Under the pieces are notes generated by a model. The model worked only from the letters and a program-made list of their open reading frames with translations, was not told the DNA's origin and ran no database searches. From Octopus bimaculoides (Eukaryota): a stretch of 45,534 nucleotides of DNA. Of this stretch, positions 12,201-25,387 are shown piece by piece (the first letter of the stretch is position 1; every line of letters starts with the position of its first letter). The stretch covers positions 60,530,753 to 60,576,286 of the forward strand of contig NC_068988.1 of assembly GCF_001194135.2 (NCBI RefSeq), in the 5' to 3' direction. A program made the position numbers and the translations under genes.

Positions 12201-12798
12201 CATTTAATGTATCCTCCTTTTTGAAGGTGGTGGGGTCTGATTTGAGGGAGGTCTGACTGATATTCCTTGCAGGTGTAGTAATCCCAAGAATCCTAATTAA
12301 GTTCAGATGAATGACTGTAGTGGAAGTAAACAGGATTGTGTATCGTTCATGTCTTTCGCAAGGAAATGAACGATCTCAGTGAAGTTATAATGACTCTCGC
12401 CGAGAAATATAAAGTTAACTGAAGACAATAGAGGGAGATATACGACTTCCGTTAGACAAGTTTTTGTTTTCAATGATGTGTCATATAGAAGTTCAAGAAT
12501 AATCAATAAATTAGATAAACACAAGACTAATTGTATATAAATCAATGTATAAACAATAGCGTTTTGCAATATGTTGCTATTGTAGGGTAGGCTGTTGACA
12601 CTTCATGCATAAATTTATGTCTTTTACCTATCTATACTCACAAGCGTACACACTCGCGCGCGCACTTATGTGTTTGTATTATTGTATGTTTTAATGGTAT
12701 ACTTAATTCTCTGTGACTCAGCTAGATGTCAGAAACTGTGATACACCTTCAAGAACATTATTAGTGATAAGAAGCTATACTATCATCATCATCATCAT

Positions 12799-13699
12799 GT
12801 CTGGCGAATATGCTGGGCGGGGCATCATTTCCCATTCAAACTGCTTCAGCCTTTGGAATGTCATCTTCGCTGTTTGTGGCCGAGCATTATCCTGATGGAA
12901 GAACATCTTTCTCCTTGAAACCAAAGATGGTCGTTTTTCTTCTAGTGTTGACTTAAGCCACTCAAGCTGCTCACAGTAGACCTCCTTTGTTATTGTTTGG
13001 TTTGGGTTTAAAAGTTTAAAGTGGACTAAACCTTTCATATCCCACCAAACATTACAACACCTTACGTGGGTGAAAACCCTCTTTAGCCTGGAGTACTGGT
13101 GTTTCTCCTTTCCCTACTCATTGTCTTCAGTGCTTGACATTTTTATACAGTTCCCATTTCTTGTCACCAGACACTATTCAGTCTAAAAAAGGTTCATTCA
13201 TGAGACATGACAGCACAGAAGAGTACACATTCACTCTCGGCATGCAATTAGAGTCATAAAGTTTGTGAGAAATCCATTAACCTAATTTGCTGACTTTTCT
13301 GATGGCATGCAGGTGTTGATGGATGATTGAATGACCAAAGCCAAGCTTCTCTGCTAGTTCCTCAATAGTTATGATGGGATTTTGTTCCACTAGGGTTTGC
13401 AGGATGTCCTCGTCAAGCTCTACAGATCTTCCAGGATGAGGCTTGTCTTCTAGGCTGTAGTTTCTTGCTTGGAATTTCTGGAACCACCATTGACACTGGC
13501 TTATGTTTATTGTCTGGTCCCCATATACTGCATTAATATTCCTCACACTTTCCGTTGCATTGTTGCCTTTATTGAACTCATAAAGCAAAATATGCTAAAT
13601 ATGCTCCTTTGTCACTTCCATTATAACTTTGAAAAAATAACTGTTAAAATCGAACTGCACTCTTCAAAACTTGCACTAAGAATAAATACAAGGTACTTA
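12799..13699 (-). mobile_element. Mariner (DD34D) transposon relic, 3'-truncated, in STX8 intron 1
   Basis: ATG at 13621 gives MEVTKEHI*HILLYEFNKGNNATESVRNIN...LEDKPHPGRS...TIEELAEKLG, then a decayed GD.KW motif, FHQDNARPQTA and PAYSPD, where homology stops. The 5' end lies next to TA at about 13700. Confidence 0.92.
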
Positions 13700-15510
13700 T
13701 AGCAAGTTGATGCAGGTAGTTTATCCCGTCCTCCTCTGACTTTTAGTTCATACAGTTGAAAAAACCATGTAATTTATAGGATGACCCAATATATATAATA
13801 TATATATTCAAGTTTTTGAGTATGCATAGAAAAGCTCCTATTATGTCAGCTACGACCTAATAATAGAAATTAGCAATAGCAGTTTTATGGGGTTGTACCG
13901 AGATGTGCTGATATAATGTAGAGTAAATATAGTAATAATAATAATAATAATAAGAATAATAATAATAATAATAATAATCCATGGATGGAATTTATAAATA
14001 TTTTAATGCATTGCTATGTACATTTCCACAAATTACATGTTTCTTCTGATCATAGTCTGTATTCCTCAGATGATTACAGTACAATCCACAGACATCAGGT
14101 GGATCATATTCATGTGTTCATTTCCTTGGGTGATATAGCATTAATGATGGAAGCAGCAAATGTATAGCTGAAGGTTGTTTATCAATTTTAATGAAAAGGT
14201 TGATTGGAATATTGTCATCATCATCATTTAGTGTCTTCTTTCCATGTTGGCGAAGGTTAGATGGTTTGATCGGAAATGGTAAGCTGAAGAGCTGTGCCAG
14301 GTTCCAGTTTGATTTGGCATGGTTTCTATGGCTGGATGCATTCACCTCCACTCCTTTCTCAAAGTCACTTATCCTCTGATTTTCATGAAAGTGGATGTTA
14401 ACCATGGATTGTACTCAAGTATTTCTCTCTAGCTTCCACATACCGTCCATATTCTATACCCATGTTTCACAACCATGCAGCATCACAATTTTTATACTTG
14501 TTATATATGCACAAATTAAATCAATTGTTTCTGATATAATCTGTTTGTGCATTGCACACCCTCTAAACTCTCTTTCTTTCCTGATGCCAAGAGGTTTTTT
14601 TATCAACATTATAAAATTTTTCTACCACTGACCTCATCATCATCATCATCATCATTTAACGTCTGTTTCCCTCGCTGGCATGGGTTGGATGGTTTGACAG
14701 CTGGAGAGCTGTCCGGGCTTCATGTCTGTTTTAGCATGGTTTCTTTGGCTTTCTTTGGCCTTTCCTAATGCCAACCACTTTACAAAGTGTGCTGGGTGCT
14801 TTTACACGGCATCAGCATGGGTGCTTTTATGTGGCATTGGCATGAGTGTGTTTTACATGGCACCAGCACCCATAGGCCTGCAAGATTAAGAACGTTTAGC
14901 TGAAGAAGGATGCAGGGAACATGCCTGTATGCAAGGATAACCACGTATTTACTTAGCTCGACGTGTCTTCTTAAGCACAGCAAGCTATTAAATAATATAG
15001 TGTTATAAGCAACACTTACATTAAGAAAACTTCCATATTTACACCCTACATTACTTCCAACTGCACACACCATGCAGTCACGCAACTCCTCCAAAACTCT
15101 GCTTCTCCTCTCCATCTGCCTTATCTCCATCACAACTAAGCAATAAACTTCAATTCTTATTGCTTTTCACTATAAATTTGTTTGGCTATGACTTAACCCA
15201 AGGATAGAGAACAATGAGTTTTATTTTATGCTAACAAAGGAAGTCCTCTCCATAGCTGCTCATCATGCTAGATATACTAGCTAAATTTCCTTCAAATCAC
15301 ACCGTACCATCTTCAGTTATGAAAGAACGTTTTGGAAAAACCTCCACCAAATCACACACTACTGGCTTGGGAAGAATGCAGCAGATAATGTATTCCTAAA
15401 CATACTCCATAAAGACAAGGTGATTATAGCTGGAACAGCCTTGATCGAGGCTGTCTTAGGATTAAACAGTAATGAGATTTTGTAACTTCTGTACTTTAAA
15501 CTAAGTTTAA

Positions 15511-15731
15511 CCCTTTTGTTACTGTATTTCAGTTGAATTACGCTGCCTTTATTTTAATTAATTCTGAAAATAACGACAACATTAGTTAAACAGTTTTACT
15601 ATTATTAACATTATGTTTAGAACATAAATTACCATAAATTTTGAAGTAAGGTTCTAATTTAATTCACTTTAAAACTTGAAATTTACATCATAGAATCAAG
15701 AGTAGTTTCAAGTGTTTTGCTATCAAAAGGT
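15511..15731. mobile_element. piggyBac-type MITE
   Basis: TTAA|CCCTTTTGTTAC ... CTATCAAAAGGT|TTAA gives a TTAA target duplication with imperfect CCCTTTTG termini. Confidence 0.55.
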
Positions 15732-16792
15732 TTAAACCTATTTGTAGGAATTTTACAATTGAGAAAATTGTCTTTAATACCTATTCAGCTTACCAAAGCA
15801 TTTCGCAGAACTCATCTGGTGTTCACAATACAACCAATATTAAATTAAAAAAACTAATTATGTGTCATACGTAATGAATATACAGTGTTGTTAGACAAAT
15901 TTTTGCTATTTTTGTCTGAGATAAAACCTCTTAAGGATGTTTTGTGTTCAAAAACATAAATATTGGAGGTGGGTTAAAAGTCCTCCTGACAGCAGCTAGC
16001 AAGAATGCCACATGCATTTTTACCTTCTTGGGCCTTTTCAATGACATCTATTTGCAACCAGTCACATGCTCATAAGAGATTTATCACTTTCAATATAAGA
16101 AACAGTGTGTAATACCTGATTTCTATATCAGAGGTGATAAATCTCATCTAGAGATGTGGTTGGCTGTGAGTATACAAGATTCAAGAAGGCCAAAAGTTAT
16201 CTGATGGTTTTGCTCCATTATATAACTGGCACTCCATTGGTTATGATGAAATAGATGGTGTTTGAGATGCCACCAGGACAAACCCACAAGGTACAGTAGG
16301 GTGAGGGTAATATAAGTTGTACAGAGGGGATATGAAAACGGTTCAAACTTTTTATGTATATATTTTTTTATTTCTATATTACATGGCCTGGCTCTCTGTC
16401 AGTTTTGGCAATGAGCGTTCCAGTTGATCCATCAGCAAAACAACCTGCTTGTGATATTAACATGCAAGTAGCTGAGCACTCCATAGATATAGTTACCTTT
16501 AATATAATCCTCAGCGTGATTCAACATGGTACTGAGTGTGACAAGTCTGGTCCTTTGAATTACAGGTATGACTCATTGCTGAAGGACACAACACACCATC
16601 AGGAATTGAACTCATAACTTTATGACTATGAGCTGATTACCCTAACCACTGAACCACACGTTTTTAAACACAGCATGTCTACAAGAGATTTTATATCACA
16701 GACAAAAACTACAGTAACTATCCAGTCAGTGGTGTGTATACATTAAATATGATACATAAGTGACTATTTCACAAAATTGTTTGTATTTTCAG

Positions 16793-16892
16793 GATGAGCA
16801 AACATGACAACTGTGCCAAGTTGGGTCATGAACTCTTTGTTGAACTCAACAAGAGAGATAAACATCCACGAACAAGTTCTGCTTACACTAAG
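16793..16892 (+). CDS. STX8: Syntaxin-8 exon 2 (100 nt)
   Basis: ttttcag|G ATG AGC AAA...ACT AAG|gtaaga encodes MSKHDNCAKLGHELFVELNKRDKHPRTSSAYTK, the N-terminal helical region. Frame is continuous with exons 1 and 3. Confidence 0.9.
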
Positions 16893-19246
16893 GTAAGATT
16901 CTTCAAATGTCTTAGCTTTTTTTTTTTTTTTTTTTTTTTTTTGCAGTTACCATTGTTTACCATTTAACATTTTACCCTCATATTTCATCTCTGTTTCCTT
17001 TCACTCTTGAAATTTGGACATTGTATTTTTTGCTTGTGTCACTGTTTTTTCATTCATTTTATTTTTAATTATTTTTGCATTTATTCATCATCGTCACCAT
17101 CTAATACCCTTTCTCCATGCTGGCATGGGTTGGATGGTTTGACAGGGGCTGGTGAACTGCCCAGACTCCATTGTCTGTTTTGGCATGGTTTCTACAGCAG
17201 GATGCCTTTCCTAGTGCCCAACCATTTTACAGAGTGTACAGGGTGCTTGTAATGTGGCACCACTCTGCACCTGATGAGAACAATATTGGTTTTTGAACAA
17301 ATAGGACATGAAAAAAAAAAAATCTAGAAAAATATATCAGGAGTGAACATGACTTGAATCTAATTGCAAACTGTTTCATGCTATCATGCATCATTATCAT
17401 CATTAGCCTACCAATTCTTGTGACTTTCTTTAATGAATTAAGTTGAGACAATAAGAGTGATGTTCCTTGGCTCCACTATCTGATATAGTGTCCTGTATAA
17501 TACAGCACAAAATATCTGGAATTGTCGTTGAAAGAAAGAGATCCCCTTTGGTCATGAATGACCATGGGATTGCACCTAGAAAGTTAACCTCCGAGGCACA
17601 AGTCTGGTCAAGGTTGTTTATGGAAAACCAACAGTCGCCCATTCATACCAGTGTCACCTCTCCATGCCACTGATATTTGTCGTCGTTTAACGTCCGCATT
17701 CCATGCTGGCATGGGTTGGACTGTTTGACTGAGGACTGGCGAGCCAGAAGGCTGCACCAGGCTCCAATCTGATCTGGCAAAGTTTCTATAACTGGTTGCC
17801 CTTCCTAACGCCAACTACTTCAAGAGTGTGGTGGGTGCTTTTACATGCCACCGATGCGAGGGCCAGTCTGTCGGTTCTGGCAACGACCACGCTCAAATGT
17901 TGTCTTTTCACATGCCACTGGTGTATTTGCCGGTAAGGCAATGCTGGCAACAATCACGCTTGAATGGTGCTTTTTACGTGCCACTGGCACGGGGGCCAAT
18001 CATCGGCCCCAACAATGATGAGTTTGATTCCCAGACCACACTGTATGTTGTATTCTTGAGCAAAACACACTGCTTCAGTTCACTCATCTATAGAAATGAG
18101 TTACGATGTCACTGGCACCAAACTGTATCAGCCTTTGCCTTTCCCTTGGATAATATCTAGCTATGGTTGCTATCAGTTTACCGTCAGAAATTGGTTACTC
18201 AGTTGTATAAAACTTCTGCATGTAAAGGACAGCTTTGATAACTATGTCTGTTCTTTGAACTAATAAGTACAACATGATTCTACTCCTAACCGCTCAATTG
18301 TGAATTAGTTGTTAGCCCTGCTTGTTGTTCAGCTTAGCAAAATAGGTACCTTGCTCAGAGGCACAGCACAGTGGTAGAAGTAAGATCTGGACGTATAACT
18401 ATGTGTGCAGTTGTCCAGTACCTTAACATCAGAGATGTTGTGTGGATATAAAATACAGAAAGCTATATAATATATCACAGCTAGAACTCCTTTGGTCAAA
18501 GGTCAGCTTAATAGGCCAGGTTGCTCAGGAGCCAAAGAAGACTAGTATACTCTCCTTACTCTCTTTACCTACTGGGGTAGCCAAGCTTTTCCTACTGGGT
18601 TTGCCTCTATAGTAAGACACCTACCTCTTCTATCACTCTATTTTAATCTCTAGACTAGCACAAAGCCATCTCCCTCAGTGTCATTTGCTCTCCCATTCTA
18701 GGGATTTTTCTGCTGCTGGTTACTCAGTGACCCCACTGTTACTGGTGCTACATAAAAAGCATCCTGTACACACTGTTAAGTGGTTGGCATTAGGAAGGGC
18801 ATCCAGCTATTGAAACTATGCCAAAGCAGACAATGGAACCTGGTGCAACTCTCGGCCTTACCTGCTCCTATCAAACTGTTCAACCCATGCCAGCATGAAA
18901 AACACAGTAAATGATAACGATGATGATGAAGCTGCTGTCTTTTTTTTTTTTTGCTTTCGGCTTAAATCTTCCGTCTTCATTTTCGTTCTATGATAAATTC
19001 ATCTTGTAATAGTTAAGGCAGCAATTTTTTTTGTTTTTTTTTTTAGTGTTTGGGGGCTTGGTTTCATCTTCCCTTTATAAAGAGTTTTGCTTTGGTTTCA
19101 TCTTTTTTTAATTTTTTTTTTTACCCCCTTTAAAATATTGGGTTAACTAAACAAACCACCAGAAGCAATGAGCAAGCCAGACCTCTGTCAGTCTGTGTGT
19201 GTGTGTGTGTGAAACAGGGAGGCTGCCTGCATTCTCTGTCTGTCTG

Positions 19247-19279
<33 letters not shown>

Positions 19280-19390
19280 GTTCTTTTGCTGTTTCAGTTA
19301 TGCCAGTTCTTTACTCCCTGTCTTTCTGTTCAACTAAATAAATAAATAAAATCTCATTGTTTTGCTGTTGTTGTTTTTCTATGGTTACAG

Positions 19391-19485
19391 CTCAACTCAC
19401 AGATCCGTACATCTATGAAGAAATTCTCCAATGATGTTGCCCAGTTGAAACCAATGCTTATACAACGCTCAGCCTTGCACAGACT
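19391..19485 (+). CDS. STX8: Syntaxin-8 exon 3 (95 nt)
   Basis: ttacag|CTC AAC TCA...CAC AGA CT|gtatcctttac encodes LNSQIRTSMKKFSNDVAQLKPMLIQRSALHRL. It aligns with human LTVTIRALLQNLKEKIALLKDLLLRAVSTHQI. Confidence 0.88.
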
Positions 19486-19496
19486 GTATCCTTTAC
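19486..19496 (+). promoter_or_regulatory. U12-type (minor spliceosome) 5' splice site of STX8 intron 3
   Basis: The intron starts GTATCCTTTAC, matching the U12 consensus RTATCCTTT. The other STX8 donors are ordinary U2-type GT(A/G)AG/AT sites. Confidence 0.85.
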
Positions 19497-19674
19497 ATGC
19501 TTCCTTTCATTCATTCATTCATCCATTCATTCATTCAATTTCCTTCTTTTTATTTTCCGCACTCTTTATTCTTTTCTTTCTTTCTTTCATTCATAATTTT
19601 CTTTTTCTTTTATTACTTTCCTTTTGTGCTTTCTTTCTTATGTCCTTCCTTGCACATACTCCTGTCGCTGCTGC

Positions 19675-19742
19675 TGCCACCACCACCACCACAACCACAA
19701 CCACAACTACCACCACCACAACCACCACCACCACCGCCACAA
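19675..19742. repeat. (CAC/CAA)n microsatellite
   Basis: Directly visible. Confidence 0.9.
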
Positions 19743-20193
19743 CCAGTTGTTTTCGGCATGAACAATTGTTTGCTTTCCTAACCAATTTGGATATTTAGAG
19801 TAAGCCTTTCCACCCTACCCCAACTCACTCCTCCCCCACATCCTAGTCTTTTAATGTGTGTGCATAATGTATGCACACAACACACACACACACAGATTTA
19901 TATGTCTGTGTATGTGTGGGCATACAAATAGATAAATAACATAAATATCTATACAAGTACACACACATACACATGCACAGACATGCATACACACGTACAT
20001 ACATGCACACACACACACACATACACAAACGCACATCCTCATCATCATCACCTTCATCATTTAATGTGTCGCTTCCTTGTTGGCAGTAGATTGGATGGTT
20101 TGACAGAATCTGGCAAGTCCAAGCCAGACAACTGCATCGTGTTCCAATGTATTCTGTGGCACAGTTTCTATGGCCAGATGACCTTCCTTATGC

Positions 20194-20224
<31 letters not shown>

Positions 20225-20459
20225 GTTTAACGTCTGCTTTCCATGCTAGCACGGGTTGGACAAATCAAACTGTGACAGCTAGGGTGGGATCTTGTTTTTG
20301 TCATCAGCTAGAAAAATTCTGACTAGATTCCTGCTGCTCAGCCAACTTGTCTCACTGTTGGACACTCATCTACCCAAATCTCAGTTTGCTTTTTGACTTT
20401 CCGGCTGCACTAGATATTAATGAAGCATACTGTTCAGAATACTACTGATGCATCAGGCG

Positions 20460-20845
20460 ATACGATAAGCTTGAGAAGACCTGTTGAGTCAAGTAAAACC
20501 AATATCGTAGCTGTGGCCAGTGTCCCAGCCAGTGGCATGTAAAAAGCACCCTCTGAAAATGGTCAATACCAGGTCCTCCTGACTGGCTCTCACGCCAGTG
20601 GCATGTAAAAAGCACCAACTGATCGTGGCCGATGCCAGTACTCCATGACTGGCTCCTGTGCCGGTGGCACGTGAAAAGCACCCTCTACACTCTTGGAGTG
20701 GTTGGCATTAGGAAGGGCATCCAGCTGTAGAAACATTGCCAGATCAGATTAGAGCCTGGTGCAGCCACTGGCTCTCCAGACCTCAGTCAAACTGTCCAAT
20801 CCATACCAGCATGGAAAATGGACGTTAAACGATGATGATGATGAC
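20460..20845 (+). mobile_element. Family C RTE 3'UTR copy (longer variant)
   Basis: It starts with ttgagaagacctgttgagtcaagtaaaa, shared with the 37026-37296 units, then continues into the family C core and tail. Further copies: 895-1200, 14215-14350, 14635-14870, 17095-17270, 17688-18005, 20040-20265 and 39240-39460 (-); 18690-18930, 21790-22140, 23520-23660, 33860-34230 and 35790-36080 (+). Confidence 0.85.
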
Positions 20846-21134
20846 TGTACCTGTTGAAGTAATAGAAAAGACAGTGATGCCTGAGTAAGAGAGTTGAACA
20901 GAAGAGGCAGTGAGACATTGAATTAAGAATGTAGAGAAGTGGTTCTCAACCATTTTTTACCTTCAGACTCCTTTGATGGCTACTCATAGCCATTTGATGT
21001 TTATATAATAAAAAAAAAACCTTATTTTATATCTATAATTAAATATTAGTTTCAAATTTTGGCACTAAGTCAGCAATTTTGCTGGAGGGAGTTAAGTTGA
21101 ATACATTGACACCAGTATTCAATTGATACTCTCT

Positions 21135-21393
21135 CTCTTTTACTCTTTTACTTGTTTCAGTCATTTGACTGTGGCCATGCTGGAGCACCGCCTTTAGTCG
21201 AGCAAATCGACCCCAGGACTAATTCTTTGTAAGCCTAGTACTTATTCTATCAGTTCTTTTGCCGAACCGCTAAGTGACGGGGACATGAACACACCAGCAT
21301 CGGTTGTCAAGCAATGCTAGGGGGGACAAACACAGACACACAAANNNNNNNNNNNNNNNNNNNNNNNNNNNNNNNNNNNNNNNNNNNNNNNNN

Positions 21394-21439
<46 letters not shown>

Positions 21440-21650
21440 CATATATACGATAGGCTTCTTTCAGTTTCCGTCTACCAAATCCACTCACAAGGCTTTAAAA
21501 GACTAGGATGTGGGGGAGGAGTGAGTTGGGGTAGGGTGGAAGGGCTTACTCTAAACATCCAAGTAGAAGACACTTGCCCAAGGTGCCACGCAGTGGGACA
21601 GAACCCGGACCATGTAGTTGGTTAGCAAGCTACTTGCCACACAGCCACTT
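21135..21650 (-). mobile_element. SINE family A copy (N-gap in its microsatellite; ~65 bp extra segment near 21495-21560)
   Basis: Reverse complement of the family A 3' half (21135-21344) and head (21428-21650). Head-only family A fragments also occur near 25828-25950, 27220-27377 and 39505-39660 (-), and 31750-31890 and 35615-35775 (+). Confidence 0.85.
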
Positions 21651-22007
21651 ATTTTATCGACCCTGAAGAGATGTAGGGCAAAGTTGACCCCCACAGAATT
21701 TGAACTCAGAACATAAGGATGGATGAAATGCCTCTAAGTATTTTCCCCCGGCCTGCTAATGATTTTGCAAGCTCACTGCCTTTTGGTTGGTGTTCGGAAG
21801 GGCATCCAGCTGTAAAGACCTTGCCAAAACTGACCTCGCCTGTGCTTGTGCCAGGTAAAAAGCATTACTCGTCTCACCTGTGCGTGTGCCACATAAAAAG
21901 TACTTCCCACCTTGCCTGTGCTTGTACAACATAAAAAGCACTAAGTCCACTCTGCTGAGTGTTTGCTGTTAGGAAGGACATCCAGCTGTAAAACTCCTGC
22001 CAAAACA

Positions 22008-22086
22008 GTCACAGAAGTCTGGTGCAGGCTTTTGTGTTACCACCGGTGGGATGGTACCACAAAAGCCTGCACCAGACTTCTGTGAC
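22008..22086. repeat. 79-nt hairpin with a perfect 29-bp stem
   Basis: gtcacagaagtctggtgcaggcttttgtg pairs with cacaaaagcctgcaccagacttctgtgac. Confidence 0.92.
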
Positions 22087-22149
22087 ATGCTAGCATGGAA
22101 CACGGACATTAAATGATGATGATGATGATGATGATGAAATTGTATAAAA

Positions 22150-22440
22150 TGTTGAAATATCTTGTGTTGTAGAAGTATAACCAATTTATTTCCTATGGGC
22201 CACACTGTTCAATTTACAACCCACATGTGTTAGTATTGCTTCCAGATTCCGATCTTCTATTCTTTCTAAAGGAAGTATTTAAGTGTAGTGAATGAATGAT
22301 CTGATCAGAATCCATTCTGGTTGTTTCTGAGAATTGGTTATCATTAAGGCCTGATTCTTTGTAGTAACATATTGTTGTAAATTTTCACAAAGGTTACTAA
22401 TACACTTATACCTTATTAATTATCCAGTGCTGAACTTATT
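22150..22440 (-). mobile_element. Highly decayed LINE RT fragment
   Basis: The minus strand gives LDN**GISVL..KIYNNMLLQRIRP and, after a frameshift, QNGF*, corresponding to the NYRGISL...QNGFR motifs. Confidence 0.55.
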
Positions 22441-23160
22441 ACCACCACTTATGCTACTTCTGCAATAGTGACAAAGCATCTAACAACCTGCTATTTAGTT
22501 ATAGGCTTGAAATATTGTGCTATGATTTCCGAGACAAGTAGTAGGTAATATGGCGAAATATACTACTAAAGGGGGCTAATCATTAAGACGTAGTTATATC
22601 CCTTGGCCGATAAACTGTCATTGCTCGAATGGCTGTGACTTTATAGCAGCGCCACACAAGGTTTACCAGTTACATTCTACAATTACCTGGGAATTTACAT
22701 GTTTCTAATAGCAAAGAAGGAATCCCTTTTGATTACTGGAGATATCGTAGACAGGTCAAAAAGATATCGCGGCTACTATTGAATTTATGATTTCTAATAT
22801 GGGTACGAAGCCTCCAGTTTTGAAGGAGGAAACAGTCAATTTCATGGGTTCTACTACATGTCTGGTGCTATATTTTATTGACAATCTTTGAAAGGATGAA
22901 ATATAAAATCGATATTATTGAAATATTAAACGGAAAAAATTATTTTATGATAATTGTTGCAGAAAAAAGAAGAAATTGTATAATGTTATGCTCACTATCT
23001 TAGACATTAACTGTGTGGTTAAGAAGCCTGCTTAGCAACCATGCTGTTTTATGTTTAGTCCATTAAGGAAGTGTTTTCTCCTATAACCCCAGACAACTAA
23101 TGCCTTTTGAGAGAATTAGGTAGATGGAAAGTGTGTGGAAGCCTGACATGTAAATATATA

Positions 23161-23499
23161 GAGGGTAAAGACCCCCTTCGGTCATGAATGACCATGGAAT
23201 TTCACCTAGAAAGTTACCCTTTGAGACACAAGTCCAGGCAAGGTTGTTAATGAAAGACCAGCAGTTGCCCATGCATACCAACCTCCCTTCTGCATACCAT
23301 CGATGTTATCCAAGGGAAAGGCAAAGGCTGATACAGCTTGGCACCAGTGATGTTACAACTCATTTCTATAGCTGAATGAACTGGAGCAATGTGAAATAAA
23401 GTGTCTTGTTCAAGAATGCAACACACAACCGGGTCTGGGAATCGAACTCACTACCATATGATTATGAGCCAGATGCTTTAACCACTGAGCCATGCGCCT
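23161..23499 (-). mobile_element. tRNA-headed SINE family E
   Basis: The minus strand begins aggcgcatggctcagtggttaaagc...gagttcgattccc, then gtgttgcattcttgaacaagacacttta. Partial copies occur near 17540-17670 (-) and 18035-18160 (+). Confidence 0.82.
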
Positions 23500-24004
23500 T
23501 CACACACATGTATATATACATATGGGCATCCAGCTGTAGAAACTCTGCCAAATCAGATTGGAGCCTGGTGTTGCTATCCGGTTTCACCAGTCCTCAGTCA
23601 ATCGTCCAACCCATGCTAGCATGGAAAGCGGACATTAAACGATGATGATGATGATGATGTATGTTTGTGTTTGCCACCCCTACTATTTGCTTGACTATCA
23701 GTGTTGGTTCACGTACATCCCCTTAACCTTGCTGTTCAGCAAAAGTGACTGATAGAATAAATATCAGACTTTAAAAAAGTACTATTGTTGATTTGTTCAA
23801 TTAAATCCTTGAAGGTGGTGCCCCAGCATGGCCACAGTCGAAAACAAGTAAAGGATAAAAACAATTTTTGCAGAAAACAAAATAAATGTAGAATGCTAGA
23901 CTAAATATTTTATCATGTTTAATTGTGTTCCTTTGTGTTTTGAGTTTGAATTCAGCAACTAACAGCTTTGTCTTTTGTCTTTTTGGAGCTGATGAAATGT
24001 GTAC

Positions 24005-24420
24005 CATCATCATTATCATCATCATCATCCTTTAACGTCCGCTTTCCATGCTAGCATGGGTTGGACGATTTGACTGAGGACTGGTGAACCAGATGGCTAC
24101 ACAAGGCTCCAATCTGATTTGGCAGAGTTTCTACAGCTGGATGCCCTTCCTAATACCAACCACTCCGAGAGTGTAGTGGGTNNNNNNNNNNCTACAGCTG
24201 GATGCCCTTCCTAATACCAACCACTCCGAGAGTGTAGTGGGTGCTTTTACGTGCCACCGGCACAAGGGCCAGTCTGGCGGTACTGGCAATGGCCACGCTC
24301 AAAATAGTGTATTTTACATGCCACCTGCACAGGAGCCAGTCCAGCGGCACTGGCAACGTCATCGCTCGAATGTCTTACATGTGCCAGGAAGGCAACGCTG
24401 GGCACAGGTGCCATCATGAT
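24005..24420 (-). mobile_element. Family C RTE 3'UTR copy
   Basis: Reverse complement of the family core with a (CAT)n lead. It contains a 10-N gap with a duplicated overlap. Confidence 0.88.
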
Positions 24421-25387
24421 TTCGACCAGTAGTATAAAATATACCGCCTATAACCTATAAACAGCTGGCCTTGTGTGGGTTTTAAAAGATTTGGTTGCTG
24501 TTTCTAGCAGATCAAGTGACCATGTAGTGGCTTCCATGGTTTGAAATATGGGCAGTCATTAGAGCAGAATAGCTGGTGATGTTATTTATTGGTAGGAATC
24601 AGATGGAAGCAAAATCTGAGGGAGTGTCAGTGGTTTCTTTTAGTTTATTTTTCACAATAGAAGGTTTTACTTCAAATCTTACACACTGTTTCGTTCCCTG
24701 ACTTAACGACAATTACAATATGTAGTTCCTCTGTCTTTTTTTTTTCCCAATCTGAATGAAATTCAGCCATGATGTTCCTTCCACAATATTCCAGAATTAT
24801 CTTCCTTATGGATAAGATAATGGGTTGGTGGCGATGGGAAAAATGGAGTTACTTTTGATCGATACCATCATTATCATTGTCATCATCATCGTTGTCGTCA
24901 TCATCACCATCATCATTATTTTAATGTCCACTATTCCATGTTCATACGGTTCCCATGGTTTGGACACAAGATGTAGAAGAAAATTTTCTTTGGCAGGATG
25001 TCTTTCCTGTCACCAACCTTTATCTCTTTCCAAGCAAGGTAATGTTCCCCTCCATAACAAGACATTTTATGTAAAATCACTGTCCTCCACGCATGCAGGC
25101 TTGTTCTTTCAGGTGCCGGTGCCACTTAAAAAGCACTTGTGCCAGTGCTGCATTAATGCACCTATGAGTGGGGGTGACATATAAAATGCACACAACACAC
25201 TCTGTTAAGTGGTTAGTGTTAGGAAGGGCATCAAGCCATAGAAACCATGCTACAACAGACAGTTGGGAGTCTGGACAGCTCCCTGCTTGCCAGCCCCATG
25301 TCAAACCACCCTGCTTATGCCAGCATGGATTCTGGACATTAAATGATGATTGGAAATGAAGAACTCTGCCTGCATGGGTAGTGACAC

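Noticed and set aside
24121-24241. 50-bp tandem duplication
   Set aside because: The identical copies flank a 10-N gap, so this is an unmerged contig overlap.
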